From positions 2,656,001 through 2,720,000 of the forward strand of contig CBDBHB010000009.1 of NCBI GenBank assembly GCA_965205505.1: DNA of 64,000 nucleotides, written 5' to 3'. Position numbers and translations under genes: made by a program. Positions 19,111 to 29,905 of the stretch are shown piece by piece; the stretch's first letter is position 1; each line of letters opens with the position of its first letter. This stretch comes from Acidobacteriota bacterium (GTDB taxonomy: Bacteria > Acidobacteriota > UBA890 > WLXD01). Under the pieces are notes generated by a model. The model saw only the letters and a program-made list of their open reading frames with translations. It searched no databases and was not told the DNA's origin.

Positions 19111-21549
19111 TCAGTACCCGGTAGTGTCGAGGCGTCCGTCTTTGACAAAGTAGGCCTGCTGATACCCCTCGAGGTTGAGGATGGCGCGCTCGGCGGGCCC
19201 GCAGGCGCGAGTCGGCGCGGTGCCGGCGATGAACGCAAGTTCGACCGCCTCCTTGCAATACGAGCTGTACAGCAGGCCGGTGAACGGATCGACGGTGCGC
19301 ATCTCGATGTTGCCCGGCTGCGGCAGCACCGCCGGCGGGTTGCCGGTCTCGGCCGCGCGCATGACCTCGATCCAAATCGGCAGGGCCGAGTTCGAGCCGG
19401 TGGCGCGGCGGTGAATCCGCTCCTTCCTGTCGTGGCCGAGCCACACGCCGACGGTGTTATTGGGGGAGAAGCCGACGTACCAAACGTCGGTCCGATCGTC
19501 TGTCGTGCCGGATTTTCCGCCCAGCATCTGCTGCAGCTCTTGCCCCAGCGCCCGGGCACGCACGCCCGTACCACGCTGGATACCGGCCACCAGCATGCGC
19601 GCCATCACATAGGCCTCGTCAGCGTTCATCACCGAGCGCGCCGACTGCTGGGTTTTCTCGAGCAGCTTGCCCCGCCGATCGTAGACCGCCCGAACCAGGT
19701 GAGGCTCGACCAGAACTCCCATGTTGGGGAACACCGTGTAGGCGCGCACGATCTCCCAGACCGAGATATCCATGACGCCCAAGGCGAGCGATAGATAGGG
19801 GCCGAACGGGGCGGTGAGGCCGAACTTGCGAGCCATATCGATGACGTTCTCCACCCCGATCTTCTGTTGCAGCATGATCGTTGGCACGTTGCGCGACTTG
19901 GTGATCGCCTCGGCCATGGAGGTGACGCCGATGTACTCGTTGTTGAAATTCGCCGGCGAGTACGGCTGGCGCGTGGTGGGATCGCGGAACGTCGTTTGCT
20001 GATCGACGAACAGATAGGACGGTGCGACGCCCATCGTCACCGCCGCGGAGTAGACGAAGGGCTTGAAGATCGATCCGGTCTGGCGGACCGCCCGGGTGGC
20101 GCGATTGAACTCCGAATCGTCGAAGACGCGGCCCCCGATCATGGCGCGCACCTCGCCGCTGTCGTTTCCCACCACCAGCACCGCACCCTGCAACGTCGGT
20201 GTCTGGTCGAGCTCGACCTCCCAAGTTCCGTTCTCGACTCGAGACTCCAAGAGAACTTCGATCAGGTCTCCAGCGCGCACGAGCCGGTCCATGGTCGTGC
20301 GGCTGGTCCACCCTGCGTCGTCGGGGTTGATCTGGACGATCATGTCGCCGATCCGCGCGCTGGCTCCCTGCGGCCTCACTTGCGTGACGACGGCGGGCAC
20401 GAAATCACCCGGGTCCATCGGAGATTGCCATCGAGGGTGTTCGTAAGCGGCGAGATCGATGCCCTCGTCGCGCAGGTTCCGTTGGTCGTTGCGCCAGCCG
20501 GAGCGCTTGTCGACATCGCGAATCCCGCGGTCGAGTGCAACTTCGGCGGCGCGCTGGAGTCGTCGGTCGAGCGTCGTCTGCACTCGAAGTCCGGAGCGAT
20601 AGATGCCCTCCATGCCGTAGGTCTGGATCAGCGTCTTGCGAATCTCCTCGGTGAAATAGTCGCCCAGCGTGTTGCTGCCGCTAGCCTCAGCCACGAGCAG
20701 GGGTGCTGCCTTCGCCGCGGCGTTTTCCTCGGCGCTGGTGAAGCCCTCGTCGAGCATGCGGTCCAGCACGATGTTTCGCTTGGCGATAGCGTTGTCCGGG
20801 TGCAGGTCTGGCCGATAGCTCGAGGGCCGCTGGATCATCCCGGCGAGCAGCGCCGCTTCGGGCAGCGTCACATCGGAGATCGGCTTGCCGAAATAGAACT
20901 TCGACGCCGCCTGAAAGCCGTAGGCGCTACTGCCCATGAAGATCTGATTCGCGTAGATGGTGAAAATCTGTTCCTTCGAGTAGTGGCGCTCGATCTGGAT
21001 CGCATAGATCGCCTCGCGGATCTTGCGCTCCAGCGTCTTGTCCCGCGGCAGCCAGTTGTCGCCGCCCAGGTAGCGATCGAGATTCCGCGGCACCTGCATC
21101 GTGATGGTGCTGAACCCCTCACAGAAGTAGCCACACCGCAGATCGGCAAGTAGCGAGCGTAGGACCGCCTGTGGGTCGATGCCGACGTGGTCGAAGAAGC
21201 GCGCATCCTCCGCCGCGATCACCGCCTGCACCATTACCGGGGCGATTTCGTCAAAGCTCACCACCTCGCGTCGTTGCTGCAGCCATTCGGCGTATTGCAA
21301 CCCGTCGCGATCGTAGATCCGCGTCACCAGGCTTGGCTCGTAGGCCCGCAGTGCGTCAACGATCGCCGCATCCGGGACGTAAGCGATTACGAAGCCCGCC
21401 ACGAGGCCGCTAATTACCGCCCCGAAGGGCAGAGCGGCGAGCACAGGATGCCGGATCATCGGTGCTGCAGTGCGAGCGGCGGCGGCGAGAAAACGGTCGA
21501 TCATACGGTTGCCGGAGTTCTCGGTGGCACTCGTGGAGGCGGATTCCAC
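19111..21549 (-). CDS. mrcA: Class A penicillin-binding protein (PBP1A family)
   Basis: AAEDARFF.H.GID, STITMQ, RKIRE, OB insert, GSIFKP (SxxK), SRN, GKSGT. Confidence 0.92.
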   Translation of the reverse strand: MESASTSATENSGNRMIDRFLAAAARTAAPMIRHPVLAALPFGAVISGLVAGFVIAYVPDAAIVDALRAYEPSLVTRIYDRDGLQYAEWLQQRREVVSFDEIAPVMVQAVIAAEDARFFDHVGIDPQAVLRSLLADLRCGYFCEGFSTITMQVPRNLDRYLGGDNWLPRDKTLERKIREAIYAIQIERHYSKEQIFTIYANQIFMGSSAYGFQAASKFYFGKPISDVTLPEAALLAGMIQRPSSYRPDLHPDNAIAKRNIVLDRMLDEGFTSAEENAAAKAAPLLVAEASGSNTLGDYFTEEIRKTLIQTYGMEGIYRSGLRVQTTLDRRLQRAAEVALDRGIRDVDKRSGWRNDQRNLRDEGIDLAAYEHPRWQSPMDPGDFVPAVVTQVRPQGASARIGDMIVQINPDDAGWTSRTTMDRLVRAGDLIEVLLESRVENGTWEVELDQTPTLQGAVLVVGNDSGEVRAMIGGRVFDDSEFNRATRAVRQTGSIFKPFVYSAAVTMGVAPSYLFVDQQTTFRDPTTRQPYSPANFNNEYIGVTSMAEAITKSRNVPTIMLQQKIGVENVIDMARKFGLTAPFGPYLSLALGVMDISVWEIVRAYTVFPNMGVLVEPHLVRAVYDRRGKLLEKTQQSARSVMNADEAYVMARMLVAGIQRGTGVRARALGQELQQMLGGKSGTTDDRTDVWYVGFSPNNTVGVWLGHDRKERIHRRATGSNSALPIWIEVMRAAETGNPPAVLPQPGNIEMRTVDPFTGLLYSSYCKEAVELAFIAGTAPTRACGPAERAILNLEGYQQAYFVKDGRLDTTGY

Positions 21550-21656
21550 CTACCGGGATGGTAGCATGGGGTCGACTGGTCCCGTCGGGTGGGCGCGCTG
21601 CGACACGCTGTGCAAGAAGATGCTTGACGGGCAGGTCGGGGGATTGTTTCATTACG

Positions 21657-21683
21657 TTAGCACTCGAATCGAGAGAGTGCTAA
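21657..21683 (+). promoter_or_regulatory. CIRCE element (HrcA operator)
   Basis: Perfect TTAGCACTC-N9-GAGTGCTAA upstream of hrcA. Confidence 0.96.
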
Positions 21684-21760
21684 GCCCCATCGTGCGGCTC
21701 GCGACAAGGGTACGCATATGTTGAGTTCCATTCTTCCAACCCGGGCGTAGGGCGCTTGGC

Positions 21761-22804
21761 ATGCGAGTTTCTGACCTGACAGCGCGCAGTGCGGCTGTTC
21801 TCGACGCGGTCGTCGAGCGCCACATCACCACCGGCGGGCCGGTGGGGTCGGCGGCGATCGCCGATCAGCTGCCTGAGGTGCTGTCGCCGGCGACCATCCG
21901 CAACGTGATGGCGGAGCTCGAGCGGCTCGGACTTCTCGAGCAGCCTCATACCTCCGCTGGGCGTACGCCCACGCGGGCCGGGTACACACGCTACGTGGGC
22001 GGGCTAATGGCGGCTGGACGAGTCGACGAGCTCGATCCGGACCCGCTGCGCTCACGGCTGGAGACCGATCCGATCGAGGTGCGCGAGCTGCTGCGGCGGA
22101 CCTGTCATCTGCTCGCCGAGCTGTCCGACCTGGTGGGTGTGGTGTCGGGTCCGGCGCTGGCCGACACGGTTTTTCAGCACATCGATTTCATCGTCCTTGA
22201 GGGCAATCGGGTGCTTGCCATGGTGGTTGCCCGCAGCGGCCAGGTGAAGAACCGGGTGGTGGCGTTGAACCAATCCATGACCCAGGAGCAGCTCGATCGA
22301 TCGGCGTCGTACCTGGTGCGTCGCTTCGCCGGCCGCAGCCTGCGCCGGGTATCGGCGCGGGTGCGCGAGCTGTTGCTCGGGGCCGACGAGCATCTCGAGC
22401 GATATGAGTCGAGGGCGATTCGGTTGGGCGCCCGCTCCCTGACGCCGGATCTCGATGAGGCTGAGGTCATGGTGGAGGGCGCCGCAAGCCTTCTCGGGCA
22501 GCCTGATTTTGACGGTGGCGGTTGCCTGCAGGCGATGATCGAAACGCTCGAAGAGCGCCGCGAGCTGCGCGGCGCCATGGAGAGCACGGGCAACCAGGAG
22601 GCCCGTATCTTCATCGGTACCGCTCCTCTCCCTGCGACGCTGGGAGCGTGCTCATTGGTGGCCGCCACCTACTGGTCGAGCGGCCACGCGCTGGGCTCGC
22701 TTGCAGTGTTGGGCCCCACGCGGCTCGATTACGCTCGGACCATCGCGCTGGTCGAGGCAATGGCGCAGGCCACTTCGGACGTGTTGGGGCGTGTCACGCT
22801 CTGA
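21761..22804 (+). CDS. hrcA: Heat-inducible transcription repressor
   Basis: PVGS, SPATIRNVMA.LE..GLL.QPHTSAGRTPT, GPTRLDY. Confidence 0.95.
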   Translation: MRVSDLTARSAAVLDAVVERHITTGGPVGSAAIADQLPEVLSPATIRNVMAELERLGLLEQPHTSAGRTPTRAGYTRYVGGLMAAGRVDELDPDPLRSRLETDPIEVRELLRRTCHLLAELSDLVGVVSGPALADTVFQHIDFIVLEGNRVLAMVVARSGQVKNRVVALNQSMTQEQLDRSASYLVRRFAGRSLRRVSARVRELLLGADEHLERYESRAIRLGARSLTPDLDEAEVMVEGAASLLGQPDFDGGGCLQAMIETLEERRELRGAMESTGNQEARIFIGTAPLPATLGACSLVAATYWSSGHALGSLAVLGPTRLDYARTIALVEAMAQATSDVLGRVTL

Positions 22805-22846
22805 CTTCAGCCGCGTTCGTCCGTGCCGCGGCTGCGAGGACTACGA

Positions 22847-23440
22847 ATGACCGATAACAAGCGTACCTCCCTGGAAGACAAGTGGGCGGCGACGCTCGAG
22901 GGGGACGGCGAGGGCACGGCGAGCGATGATGCTGCCTCGGACGCCCACGCCGACGAGGATCTTGGCGCGACGCGGCAGCACCAGCCGTTCGAGGCGGAGG
23001 TCGCGGAGCTCAAGGATCAGCTGTTGCGGCAACAAGCCGAGATGGCCAACTATCGTCGTCGTACACAGAAGGAGCGCAGCGAACGTGCGGAGGGAGGCCG
23101 CATCGAAGTGATCCAGCAACTGTTGCCGGTGCTCGACGACTTCGAGCGCGCCATCGACGCGGACGCCGAAGCCGACGGCTACCGCGTAGGTGTGGAGCTG
23201 ATTCTCAAATCGCTCCGTGATCTGTTGGAGAGCTTCGGGGTTAGCCGCCTCGATCCGCACGGCGAGGAGTTCGACCCCGCGCTACACGATGCCGTCCAGC
23301 AACTGCCCACCGACGAGGTGCCTGCCGGTCGCATTGCCAGCGTTTACAAGCCCGGGTATCGAGTCGCCGAGCGTCTCTTGCGACCGGCGATGGTGGCAGT
23401 GGCGCGCCCGACCGTCACCGATCCTGAACAGGGCGCCTGA
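22847..23440 (+). CDS. grpE: Nucleotide exchange factor GrpE
   Basis: AEMANYRRR, LLPVLDDFERA, FDPALHDA, GY....RLLRPAMV.V. Confidence 0.95.
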   Translation: MTDNKRTSLEDKWAATLEGDGEGTASDDAASDAHADEDLGATRQHQPFEAEVAELKDQLLRQQAEMANYRRRTQKERSERAEGGRIEVIQQLLPVLDDFERAIDADAEADGYRVGVELILKSLRDLLESFGVSRLDPHGEEFDPALHDAVQQLPTDEVPAGRIASVYKPGYRVAERLLRPAMVAVARPTVTDPEQGA

Positions 23441-23442
23441 GC

Positions 23443-24552
23443 ATGGCGACCGACCATTACGAGGTGCTGGGGGTCCGCCGCGACGCGTCGGCGGAAGAGA
23501 TCAAGAAGGCCTATCGCAGCGCGGCGATGGCTAACCACCCGGACCGCAATCCGGACGATCCAGCGGCGGAGGAGCGCTTCAAACAGGCGGCAGAGGCCTA
23601 CGCGGTGGTGGGTGATGCCCAGAAGCGAGCTCGTTACGACCGCTTCGGCGACGACGCCTTCAACGGCGGGTCTCCGGACTTCGGGTCCGATATCTTCGCT
23701 GACTTCGGAGACATCCTGGGAGGCCTGTTCGGCTTCGACTCGGGCTTTGGAAGCGCCCGACGAGGTGGTCCGTCGCGTGGTTCGAGCCTCCAGTATCGGC
23801 TCCAGATCGACCTTGAACAGGCGGCCTCGGGTGACGAGATCGAGATCCGTGTGCCTCGTCGGCGCGCCTGCGCCCCTTGTGGCAGCACCGGATCGGTGTC
23901 GGGCACCGGCCGCAATCCCTGTGTGGCGTGCGGCGGCATGGGGCAAGTGCAGCAACGGCACGGGTTCCTCACGATGGCGCGGCCCTGCGGCCGGTGCCGC
24001 GGCACCGGAACGATCATCGCCGACCCATGCCCGACCTGTCGAGGTGAGGGACGGGCTCGGGAGACCACTACCCTCAAGGTCAAGGTGCCGCCTGGTGTCG
24101 ACACGGGAATGCGACTTCTGCTTCGCGATGAGGGCGAGAGCGGGCTGCACGGCGGGCCACCGGGCGACCTCCAGATTCTGATCCAGGTGCGTGATCACGA
24201 ACGCTTCGCTCGCCGTGATCAGGATCTCTACACGCGCGCGCCGGTCAGCTTTGCCCGGCTCGCCCTGGGCGGTGAGATCGAGGTGGCGACCCTCGGAGAC
24301 AATACGGTGGCCTTGCACGTGCCCGCTGGCACTCAGTCGGGGGAGCTACTCGAGATTCGCGGCCAGGGCCTGCCTTCGGTGAACGGCGGCCGGCGCGGTG
24401 ATCTCCGGGTGACGGTTCAGGCGGTCACGCCCCGCAAGTTGAGCGAGCGTGAAGAGCAGCTCTTGCATGAGCTCGAGGAGCTGCGGCCCGAACCCCCGGA
24501 GCTCGAGGACGAGCGCTCCTGGTGGGACAGGCTCCGCGACGCTTTCGCGTAG
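23443..24552 (+). CDS. dnaJ: Chaperone DnaJ
   Basis: J-domain HPD, G/F region, four CxxCxGxG repeats. Confidence 0.95.
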   Translation: MATDHYEVLGVRRDASAEEIKKAYRSAAMANHPDRNPDDPAAEERFKQAAEAYAVVGDAQKRARYDRFGDDAFNGGSPDFGSDIFADFGDILGGLFGFDSGFGSARRGGPSRGSSLQYRLQIDLEQAASGDEIEIRVPRRRACAPCGSTGSVSGTGRNPCVACGGMGQVQQRHGFLTMARPCGRCRGTGTIIADPCPTCRGEGRARETTTLKVKVPPGVDTGMRLLLRDEGESGLHGGPPGDLQILIQVRDHERFARRDQDLYTRAPVSFARLALGGEIEVATLGDNTVALHVPAGTQSGELLEIRGQGLPSVNGGRRGDLRVTVQAVTPRKLSEREEQLLHELEELRPEPPELEDERSWWDRLRDAFA

Positions 24553-24554
24553 CG

Positions 24555-25307
24555 ATGAACGCGGTTCCCCGCGGGCGGTTCAAGGTCGCCGGCGGCGCTC
24601 TGCGTGCCGAGCGCGTGAGGCTCGACCCCGGCGAGGGACACCACATGAGGGTCATGCGGCTGCGTGTCGGCGATCGTGTGGTGCTGTTCGATGGGGTGGG
24701 GGAGGAAGCGATAGCCCGTCTCGAGGTGGTTACAGCAGAGGTGGTCGCGGCGCAGGTACTGGAGCGATACACCCCGGCGACCGAGTCTGCGCTCGGGGTA
24801 TGGTTGGTCCAGGCGGTTCCCACCAAGCTCGCTCGCATGGACCTCATCGTGCGTCAGTGCACCGAGCTCGGAATGACCCATCTGCTGCCGGTCGTTGCGG
24901 CGCGCAGTCAGGTGCCGAGCGGCGGAGTCGAGGTGATCGACGAGCGCCGCGAACGCTGGATACGTGTGGCGCAAGCGGCGGCCAAGCAGAGTGGTCGCAG
25001 CGTCGTACCGCACATTGGGTTGCCGATGCGGCTGCGCGATCTCGACTGGACCTCGTTGCCGTCGCTCCGGCTGGTATGTGATCCGAGCGGTCAGCAGGGA
25101 GAGTTGGCGCGGACGTTGCGCAGCCGGGCCCCCGCAAGTGTGGCGCTCATGGTCGGGCCCGAGGGCGGCTGGAATGGTGAAGAGCGCGCCGTCGCTGCGG
25201 CTTCCAACGCGGCGACCGTCGCCTTCGGCCCACGTGTGCTGCGCGCCGACACTGCGGGCGCGGCGGTGCTGGCGGTGCTACAGCACGCTTGGGGAGATCT
25301 CGGCTGA
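24555..25307 (+). CDS. rsmE: 16S rRNA m3U1498 methyltransferase
   Basis: HHMRVMRL, TELG, AAKQSGR, VGPEGG, GPRVLRADTA. Confidence 0.93.
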   Translation: MNAVPRGRFKVAGGALRAERVRLDPGEGHHMRVMRLRVGDRVVLFDGVGEEAIARLEVVTAEVVAAQVLERYTPATESALGVWLVQAVPTKLARMDLIVRQCTELGMTHLLPVVAARSQVPSGGVEVIDERRERWIRVAQAAAKQSGRSVVPHIGLPMRLRDLDWTSLPSLRLVCDPSGQQGELARTLRSRAPASVALMVGPEGGWNGEERAVAAASNAATVAFGPRVLRADTAGAAVLAVLQHAWGDLG

Positions 25308-25334
25308 GGCGCCGAAGGCACCTGATCAGGAGCA

Positions 25335-26165
25335 CTATCGGTAGGGGACCGAGGCGCTCTTGAGCAGATAGCGGGCATCCTTGCCCTTGATGCGGATCAC
25401 GTCACACATCTCGTGCAGCCGACTCCGGAGCGCCGGGCCAATGCGGTCCTCGAGCGTTGCCGGGCCGTCCGGCGCCGATCGCCGCGCCCGCAGCGGCTGC
25501 TGAGATCTCATTCGGCTGGAGTCTACGGCGCCAGGACTCGAGGAGCCCGCCTCGCTCGTTGCTCCGGGGGCATCTCCGAAGTTGGTGGTGATAAGCGTCA
25601 TGCGCTTGCGGTTGTACCGGTCGTTGAGGATGTGCGTGACGGTATCGAACACCCAGGGGCTCGGGCGGCGGGCACCGAGATCGTCGAGCAGCAGCACGTC
25701 GGCCTCGAGCAACGGTCGAAGCACCTGCAGCTCCGAGGTCTCCGAAACCGGGTTATACGACTCCTGGATGTCGCGCAGCAGATCACGGTAGTCGACGAAT
25801 CGTCCGCTGATCGAGTAGCGATCCAGCAGTGCGCTCAGCACCCCGACCGCGAGGTGGGTTTTTCCGACGCCGGGCTGTCCGATGAACAAGAGGCCGTATT
25901 CGAGGCGGGGGTACTCGTCGACGTATCTCTCACACTTGAGCCTGGCTCCCCCCAGCGTGCTGTGCGCCCCAGCGTATTCCGTTTCGAAGTTGCTGAGACG
26001 ACAGAGCTCGTAGCGGCGCGGAATGCGGGCGCGCTCGACCTGCCGCTGCTGGCGGGCTTGTAGCCGGCATTCACAACGCTGCACCGAACGGTCATCGGCA
26101 TCTGCCGCGGAGATCCACCCGGTACCGCCGCAAACGACGCAATCCTGGAGCTCCGCTGGTTCCAA
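25335..26165 (-). CDS. DnaC/IstB-like AAA+ ATPase with N-terminal Zn knuckle
   Basis: CVVCGGTGW...CEC, IPRRY, GQPGVGKTHLA, LLLDDLG, ITTN, SRLHEMC; TTG start 26165 inferred. Confidence 0.85.
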   Translation of the reverse strand: MEPAELQDCVVCGGTGWISAADADDRSVQRCECRLQARQQRQVERARIPRRYELCRLSNFETEYAGAHSTLGGARLKCERYVDEYPRLEYGLLFIGQPGVGKTHLAVGVLSALLDRYSISGRFVDYRDLLRDIQESYNPVSETSELQVLRPLLEADVLLLDDLGARRPSPWVFDTVTHILNDRYNRKRMTLITTNFGDAPGATSEAGSSSPGAVDSSRMRSQQPLRARRSAPDGPATLEDRIGPALRSRLHEMCDVIRIKGKDARYLLKSASVPYR

Positions 26166-26167
26166 CG

Positions 26168-26581
26168 CTAGCTGTCCTCGGTGGCCCGCGGACGCCGCCG
26201 TACCAGGGCGCTCCGCTCGATTCGCACCAGCGCCTGGACGAACTCGGTCGACAACCTCTGATCGTCGATGGTCAGCTCGTCGCGGACGAAACACATCAGC
26301 TCTGCGACCTCGTTCTGGAGTCGCTCCATGTTCTGGCGCATGTTGAGGATGACTTCCACCCCGGCAAGGTTCACGCCGAGGTCGCGGGTCAGCGACAGGA
26401 TGACCTCGAGCCGACGCAAGTCCTCGTCATCGTACAGGCGAGTGTTGCCGCCGGAGCGCGATGGTCGCAGCAGCCCCTCGCGCTCATACAGCCGCAGCGT
26501 CTGAGGATGGATCTCATAGCGCTCGGCCACCGCACTGATCATGTAGGTGCCCTTCTTCCGCCTTGCATCGGCGCTCATCAT
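26168..26581 (-). CDS. hspR: MerR-family heat-shock repressor HspR
   Basis: YMISAVAE...IHPQTLRLYEREGLL.PSRS.GNTRLY, LGVNLAGV; downstream of dnaK-dnaJ. Confidence 0.9.
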   Translation of the reverse strand: MMSADARRKKGTYMISAVAERYEIHPQTLRLYEREGLLRPSRSGGNTRLYDDEDLRRLEVILSLTRDLGVNLAGVEVILNMRQNMERLQNEVAELMCFVRDELTIDDQRLSTEFVQALVRIERSALVRRRPRATEDS

Positions 26582-27666
26582 CAGGGCTCGGCTTCGCGGT
26601 TGCGTGGGTTGAAGGGGTGGCGCGCTGCGAGCTGTCGAATCATCTCCTTGGAATCTTCGTCGAGGATTTCGGGGAGATGGACCTCGACGCGCACCAGCAT
26701 ATCCCCTCGCCGCCCGTTCGGCAGCTCGAGGCCGCGGCCGCGAAGCCTGAAGAGGTGGCCGGTCTGCGTGTTGGGTGGCAGAGGTAGGCTGACCCGCTCG
26801 CCGTCGAGTGTCGGCACGTCGATGCGGCCCCCCAGCACCGCCTCGAGCGGCGAGATCGGCTGTCGGGTGTATAGGTGCGGACCCTCGCGCCGGAACCCAC
26901 GGGCCGGTTCAACGCGACAACGCAGAATCAGGTCTCCACGCTCGCCGCCGATCCGACCGCAGTGTCCCTGCCCGGCGACGCGGATCTCCTGCCCGTCGGT
27001 GACACCGGGAGGCACGCGAACGAGGATCGTCTCGGTTTGCGAACGGATGCCGTGACCCGCGCAGCGGCCGCATGGGACGCCGCGAAGCAGGCCGCTGGCG
27101 TCGCAGTCGGCGCATCCGCAGGTCACCGACAGGGCACCCTTCACGAAGGTCTCCTGGCCAGTACCGTTACAGTTGTCGCACGGTCGCGCGCGCTGCAGCT
27201 GCACGCGCCCGCGACCGCCGCAGTCCGCACAGCGATCGTGACGGGTCACTCTTGCAGTTGTCGTTCGGCCGCGCTCCGAATCCACCAGGGCAACGCTCAC
27301 GTCGACGTACAGATCGTTGCCGCGCTGCGGGCTGGAGCGCCGGCGATGATCCTTCAGGTGTCGGAACAGGTCGCCGTATGTGCCGGGCTCGGTGCCCTCG
27401 GGCATGACGCGAACGGTAAGGCCCGGCGCTGCCGGTTCGAGAGAGTCCGCCAGCGAGCCTTCACGGTCGTAGCGGGCCCGGCGTTGCGCATCCGAGAGCA
27501 CCTTGTAGGCCGACTCGATACGTTCGAATACCGTCGCGGCGTGTGGGTCGCCCGGGTTGATATCCGGATGATAGCGGCGGCTGAGATGCCGATAAGCGTG
27601 CTCGACCTGGTCAGGGTCGGCGTCGGGTGGAACCCCCAAAGTGGCGTAGTGATCGCGTGCCAACAT
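26581..27666 (-). CDS. Second DnaJ-family chaperone
   Basis: YHPDINP J-domain, CxxC repeats, DnaJ C-terminal domain. Confidence 0.9.
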   Translation of the reverse strand: MLARDHYATLGVPPDADPDQVEHAYRHLSRRYHPDINPGDPHAATVFERIESAYKVLSDAQRRARYDREGSLADSLEPAAPGLTVRVMPEGTEPGTYGDLFRHLKDHRRRSSPQRGNDLYVDVSVALVDSERGRTTTARVTRHDRCADCGGRGRVQLQRARPCDNCNGTGQETFVKGALSVTCGCADCDASGLLRGVPCGRCAGHGIRSQTETILVRVPPGVTDGQEIRVAGQGHCGRIGGERGDLILRCRVEPARGFRREGPHLYTRQPISPLEAVLGGRIDVPTLDGERVSLPLPPNTQTGHLFRLRGRGLELPNGRRGDMLVRVEVHLPEILDEDSKEMIRQLAARHPFNPRNREAEP

Positions 27667-27719
27667 GGCTCTGATGCGGTGCAGGGCGCCGCGTCGTGGG
27701 CACCCCGCACCGCCCCTGG

Positions 27720-29618
27720 TTACGAGCTCGAGCTCTCGTCTTCGACGACCTCCGCCTCGATGACCTCGCCGTCATCGTCGGAGGAGGCTTCTTCGCCGGC
27801 ACCGACATCCGCAGTGTCGGCCTGGGCGTACATCGTCTGCGCTAGCTGATGCGACGCTTGTTGCAGTGCTTCTGTCGCCTGCTTGAGCTCGTCGGTGCTG
27901 GCCTCCTCCTTCTCCAGCGACTCGCGAGCCGCTTTCACGGCGCCCTCGACATCGGAGATGGCTCCTGCATCGAGTTGCTCGCGATTGTCATTGAGCAGCT
28001 TGTCGGTCTGATACACGAGGCTGTCGAGCTGGTTACGGGCCTCGACTTGCTCACGCCGCGTCTTGTCTTCGTCGGAGTGCGCATCGGCATCCTTGACGAG
28101 CTGTTCGATGTCGGCCTCGGAGAGTCCACTCGATGAGGTGACGGTGATCTTCTGCTCCTTGTTGGTACCGAGGTCCTTCGCAGTGACGCTGAGGATGCCG
28201 TTGGCGTCGATATCGAAGGTCACTTCGACCTGAGGCACGCCGCGCGGGGCGGCGGGAATTCCCTCGAGATGGAAGCGGCCGAGCGTGCGGTTGGAGGCCG
28301 CCATCTCGCGCTCGCCTTGCAGTACGTGCACCTCTACCGAGGGCTGGTTGTCCGCCGCGGTGGTAAAGGTCTCGCTCTTGCGCGTCGGGATAGTTGTGTT
28401 GCGTGAGATCAACACCGTGGTGACACCGCCGAGCGTCTCGATGCCGAGCGACAACGGAGTCACGTCAAGCAACAGCAGGTCGCTGACCTCGCCGGCCAGC
28501 ACGCCGCCCTGGATGGCAGCGCCCAGCGCCACGACCTCATCGGGGTTGACCCCCTTGTGAGGCTCCTTGCCGAAGACCTGCCGGACTTGTTCCTGGACTG
28601 CCGGCATCCGTGTGGATCCGCCGACCAGCACCACCTCATCGATTTCGCCGGCCTTGAGGCCGGAGTCGGCCAGGGCTTGCTTGCAGGGTCCGACGGCGCG
28701 CTCGAGCAGGTCGGCGACGAGGCTCTCGAACTTGGCACGGGTGAGCTTCAGGCTGAGGTGCTTCGGGCCAGTCTGATCGGCGGTGATGAACGGCAGGTTG
28801 ATCTCTGACTCGACGACGCTCGACAGTTCGATCTTGGCCTTTTCGGCCGCCTCCTTGAGGCGCTGTAGCGCCATGCGGTCGCTCGAAAGATCGATGCCCT
28901 GATCCTTGCGAAACTCCTCGATGATCCAGTCCATGATGCGCTGGTCGAAGTTGTCGCCACCCAGGTGGGTATCGCCGTTGGTTGCCTTGACCTCGACCAC
29001 GCCGTCGCCCACTTCCAGGATCGAGATGTCGAATGTCCCACCGCCGAAATCGTAGACGGCGATCTTCTCGTCGGCCTTCTTCTCCAGCCCGTAGGCGAGA
29101 GCTGCAGCCGTGGGCTCGTTGATGATGCGATCGACCTGCAGTCCGGCGATGCGCCCGGCGTCTTTGGTGGCTTGCCGCTGCGCGTCGTTGAAGTAGGCGG
29201 GAACCGTGATGACGGCGCGCTCGACCTTCTGGCCGAGATAGTCCTCCGCCGCTTGCTTGAGCTTCTGCAGCACCATCGCCGAGATCTCTGGCGGAGAGTA
29301 GTGCTTGCCGGCGGCCAGGATGCTGACGTCGTCGCCTTCCTGCTCTACCTGGAAGGGGACCATGGTCAGCTCTTCGCTGATCTCGTTGTGGCGGCGTCCC
29401 ATGAAGCGCTTGATCGAGAAAACGGTGTTTTGAGGGTTGGTGACCGCCTGGCGCTTGGCGACCTGGCCGACGAGACGCTCACCTTTCTCCGTGAAGGCCA
29501 CCACGGAGGGCGTTGTGCGACCACCCTCGGCGTTCGGGATGACGGTGGGCTCGCCGCCCTCCATCACCGCGACTACCGAGTTGGTGGTGCCCAGGTCGAT
29601 ACCGATGATCTTGGACAT
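27720..29618 (-). CDS. dnaK: Chaperone DnaK (Hsp70)
   Basis: [33 protein letters not shown]. Confidence 0.98.
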   Translation of the reverse strand: MSKIIGIDLGTTNSVVAVMEGGEPTVIPNAEGGRTTPSVVAFTEKGERLVGQVAKRQAVTNPQNTVFSIKRFMGRRHNEISEELTMVPFQVEQEGDDVSILAAGKHYSPPEISAMVLQKLKQAAEDYLGQKVERAVITVPAYFNDAQRQATKDAGRIAGLQVDRIINEPTAAALAYGLEKKADEKIAVYDFGGGTFDISILEVGDGVVEVKATNGDTHLGGDNFDQRIMDWIIEEFRKDQGIDLSSDRMALQRLKEAAEKAKIELSSVVESEINLPFITADQTGPKHLSLKLTRAKFESLVADLLERAVGPCKQALADSGLKAGEIDEVVLVGGSTRMPAVQEQVRQVFGKEPHKGVNPDEVVALGAAIQGGVLAGEVSDLLLLDVTPLSLGIETLGGVTTVLISRNTTIPTRKSETFTTAADNQPSVEVHVLQGEREMAASNRTLGRFHLEGIPAAPRGVPQVEVTFDIDANGILSVTAKDLGTNKEQKITVTSSSGLSEADIEQLVKDADAHSDEDKTRREQVEARNQLDSLVYQTDKLLNDNREQLDAGAISDVEGAVKAARESLEKEEASTDELKQATEALQQASHQLAQTMYAQADTADVGAGEEASSDDDGEVIEAEVVEDESSSS

Positions 29619-29726
29619 GTCGGGCTCCTGATCGAGGCCCCGCTCAACGGGGTCCCAGAGAGGTTTCGGTCCCAGCTGCCGGTGTTCATGGCGAGCCAGG
29701 GCTTTATCGCAGTTTAGTTAGACGAA

Positions 29727-29756
29727 AGTATAAAACCTTAGTTAGTTCCAGTCAAC
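29727..29756 (-). promoter_or_regulatory. dnaK sigma70 promoter overlapped by HAIR-like HspR operator
   Basis: Minus strand TTGACT-N17-TATACT; CCTTAGT-N7-AGTCAAC (29736-29756) matches CTTGAGT-N7-ACTCAAG at 10/14. Confidence 0.7.
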
Positions 29757-29905
29757 TTCGTTTCGCCTACAACTTCACTGACCTACAACTCCGTTGGTTG
29801 CACAGCTCCATTGCGACGGTCCAGTTGCGGTCGCGTAGCGGCAAGCGCGCTGTGCCGAGCACTGCGGCGTATCGGTGACCAGAAGTACTTGGCGAGCCGG
29901 TGATG

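Noticed and set aside
19867-21153. Long antisense ORFs (e.g. 19867-21153, 41478-42656, 8963-10123, 35300-36211)
   Set aside because: Shadow frames opposite well-supported genes, expected in high-GC DNA, with no recognisable motifs
25335-26165. IS21 element or prophage implied by the IstB-like ATPase
   Set aside because: No IstA transposase, terminal repeats or phage genes nearby; the gene is embedded in the dnaK operon
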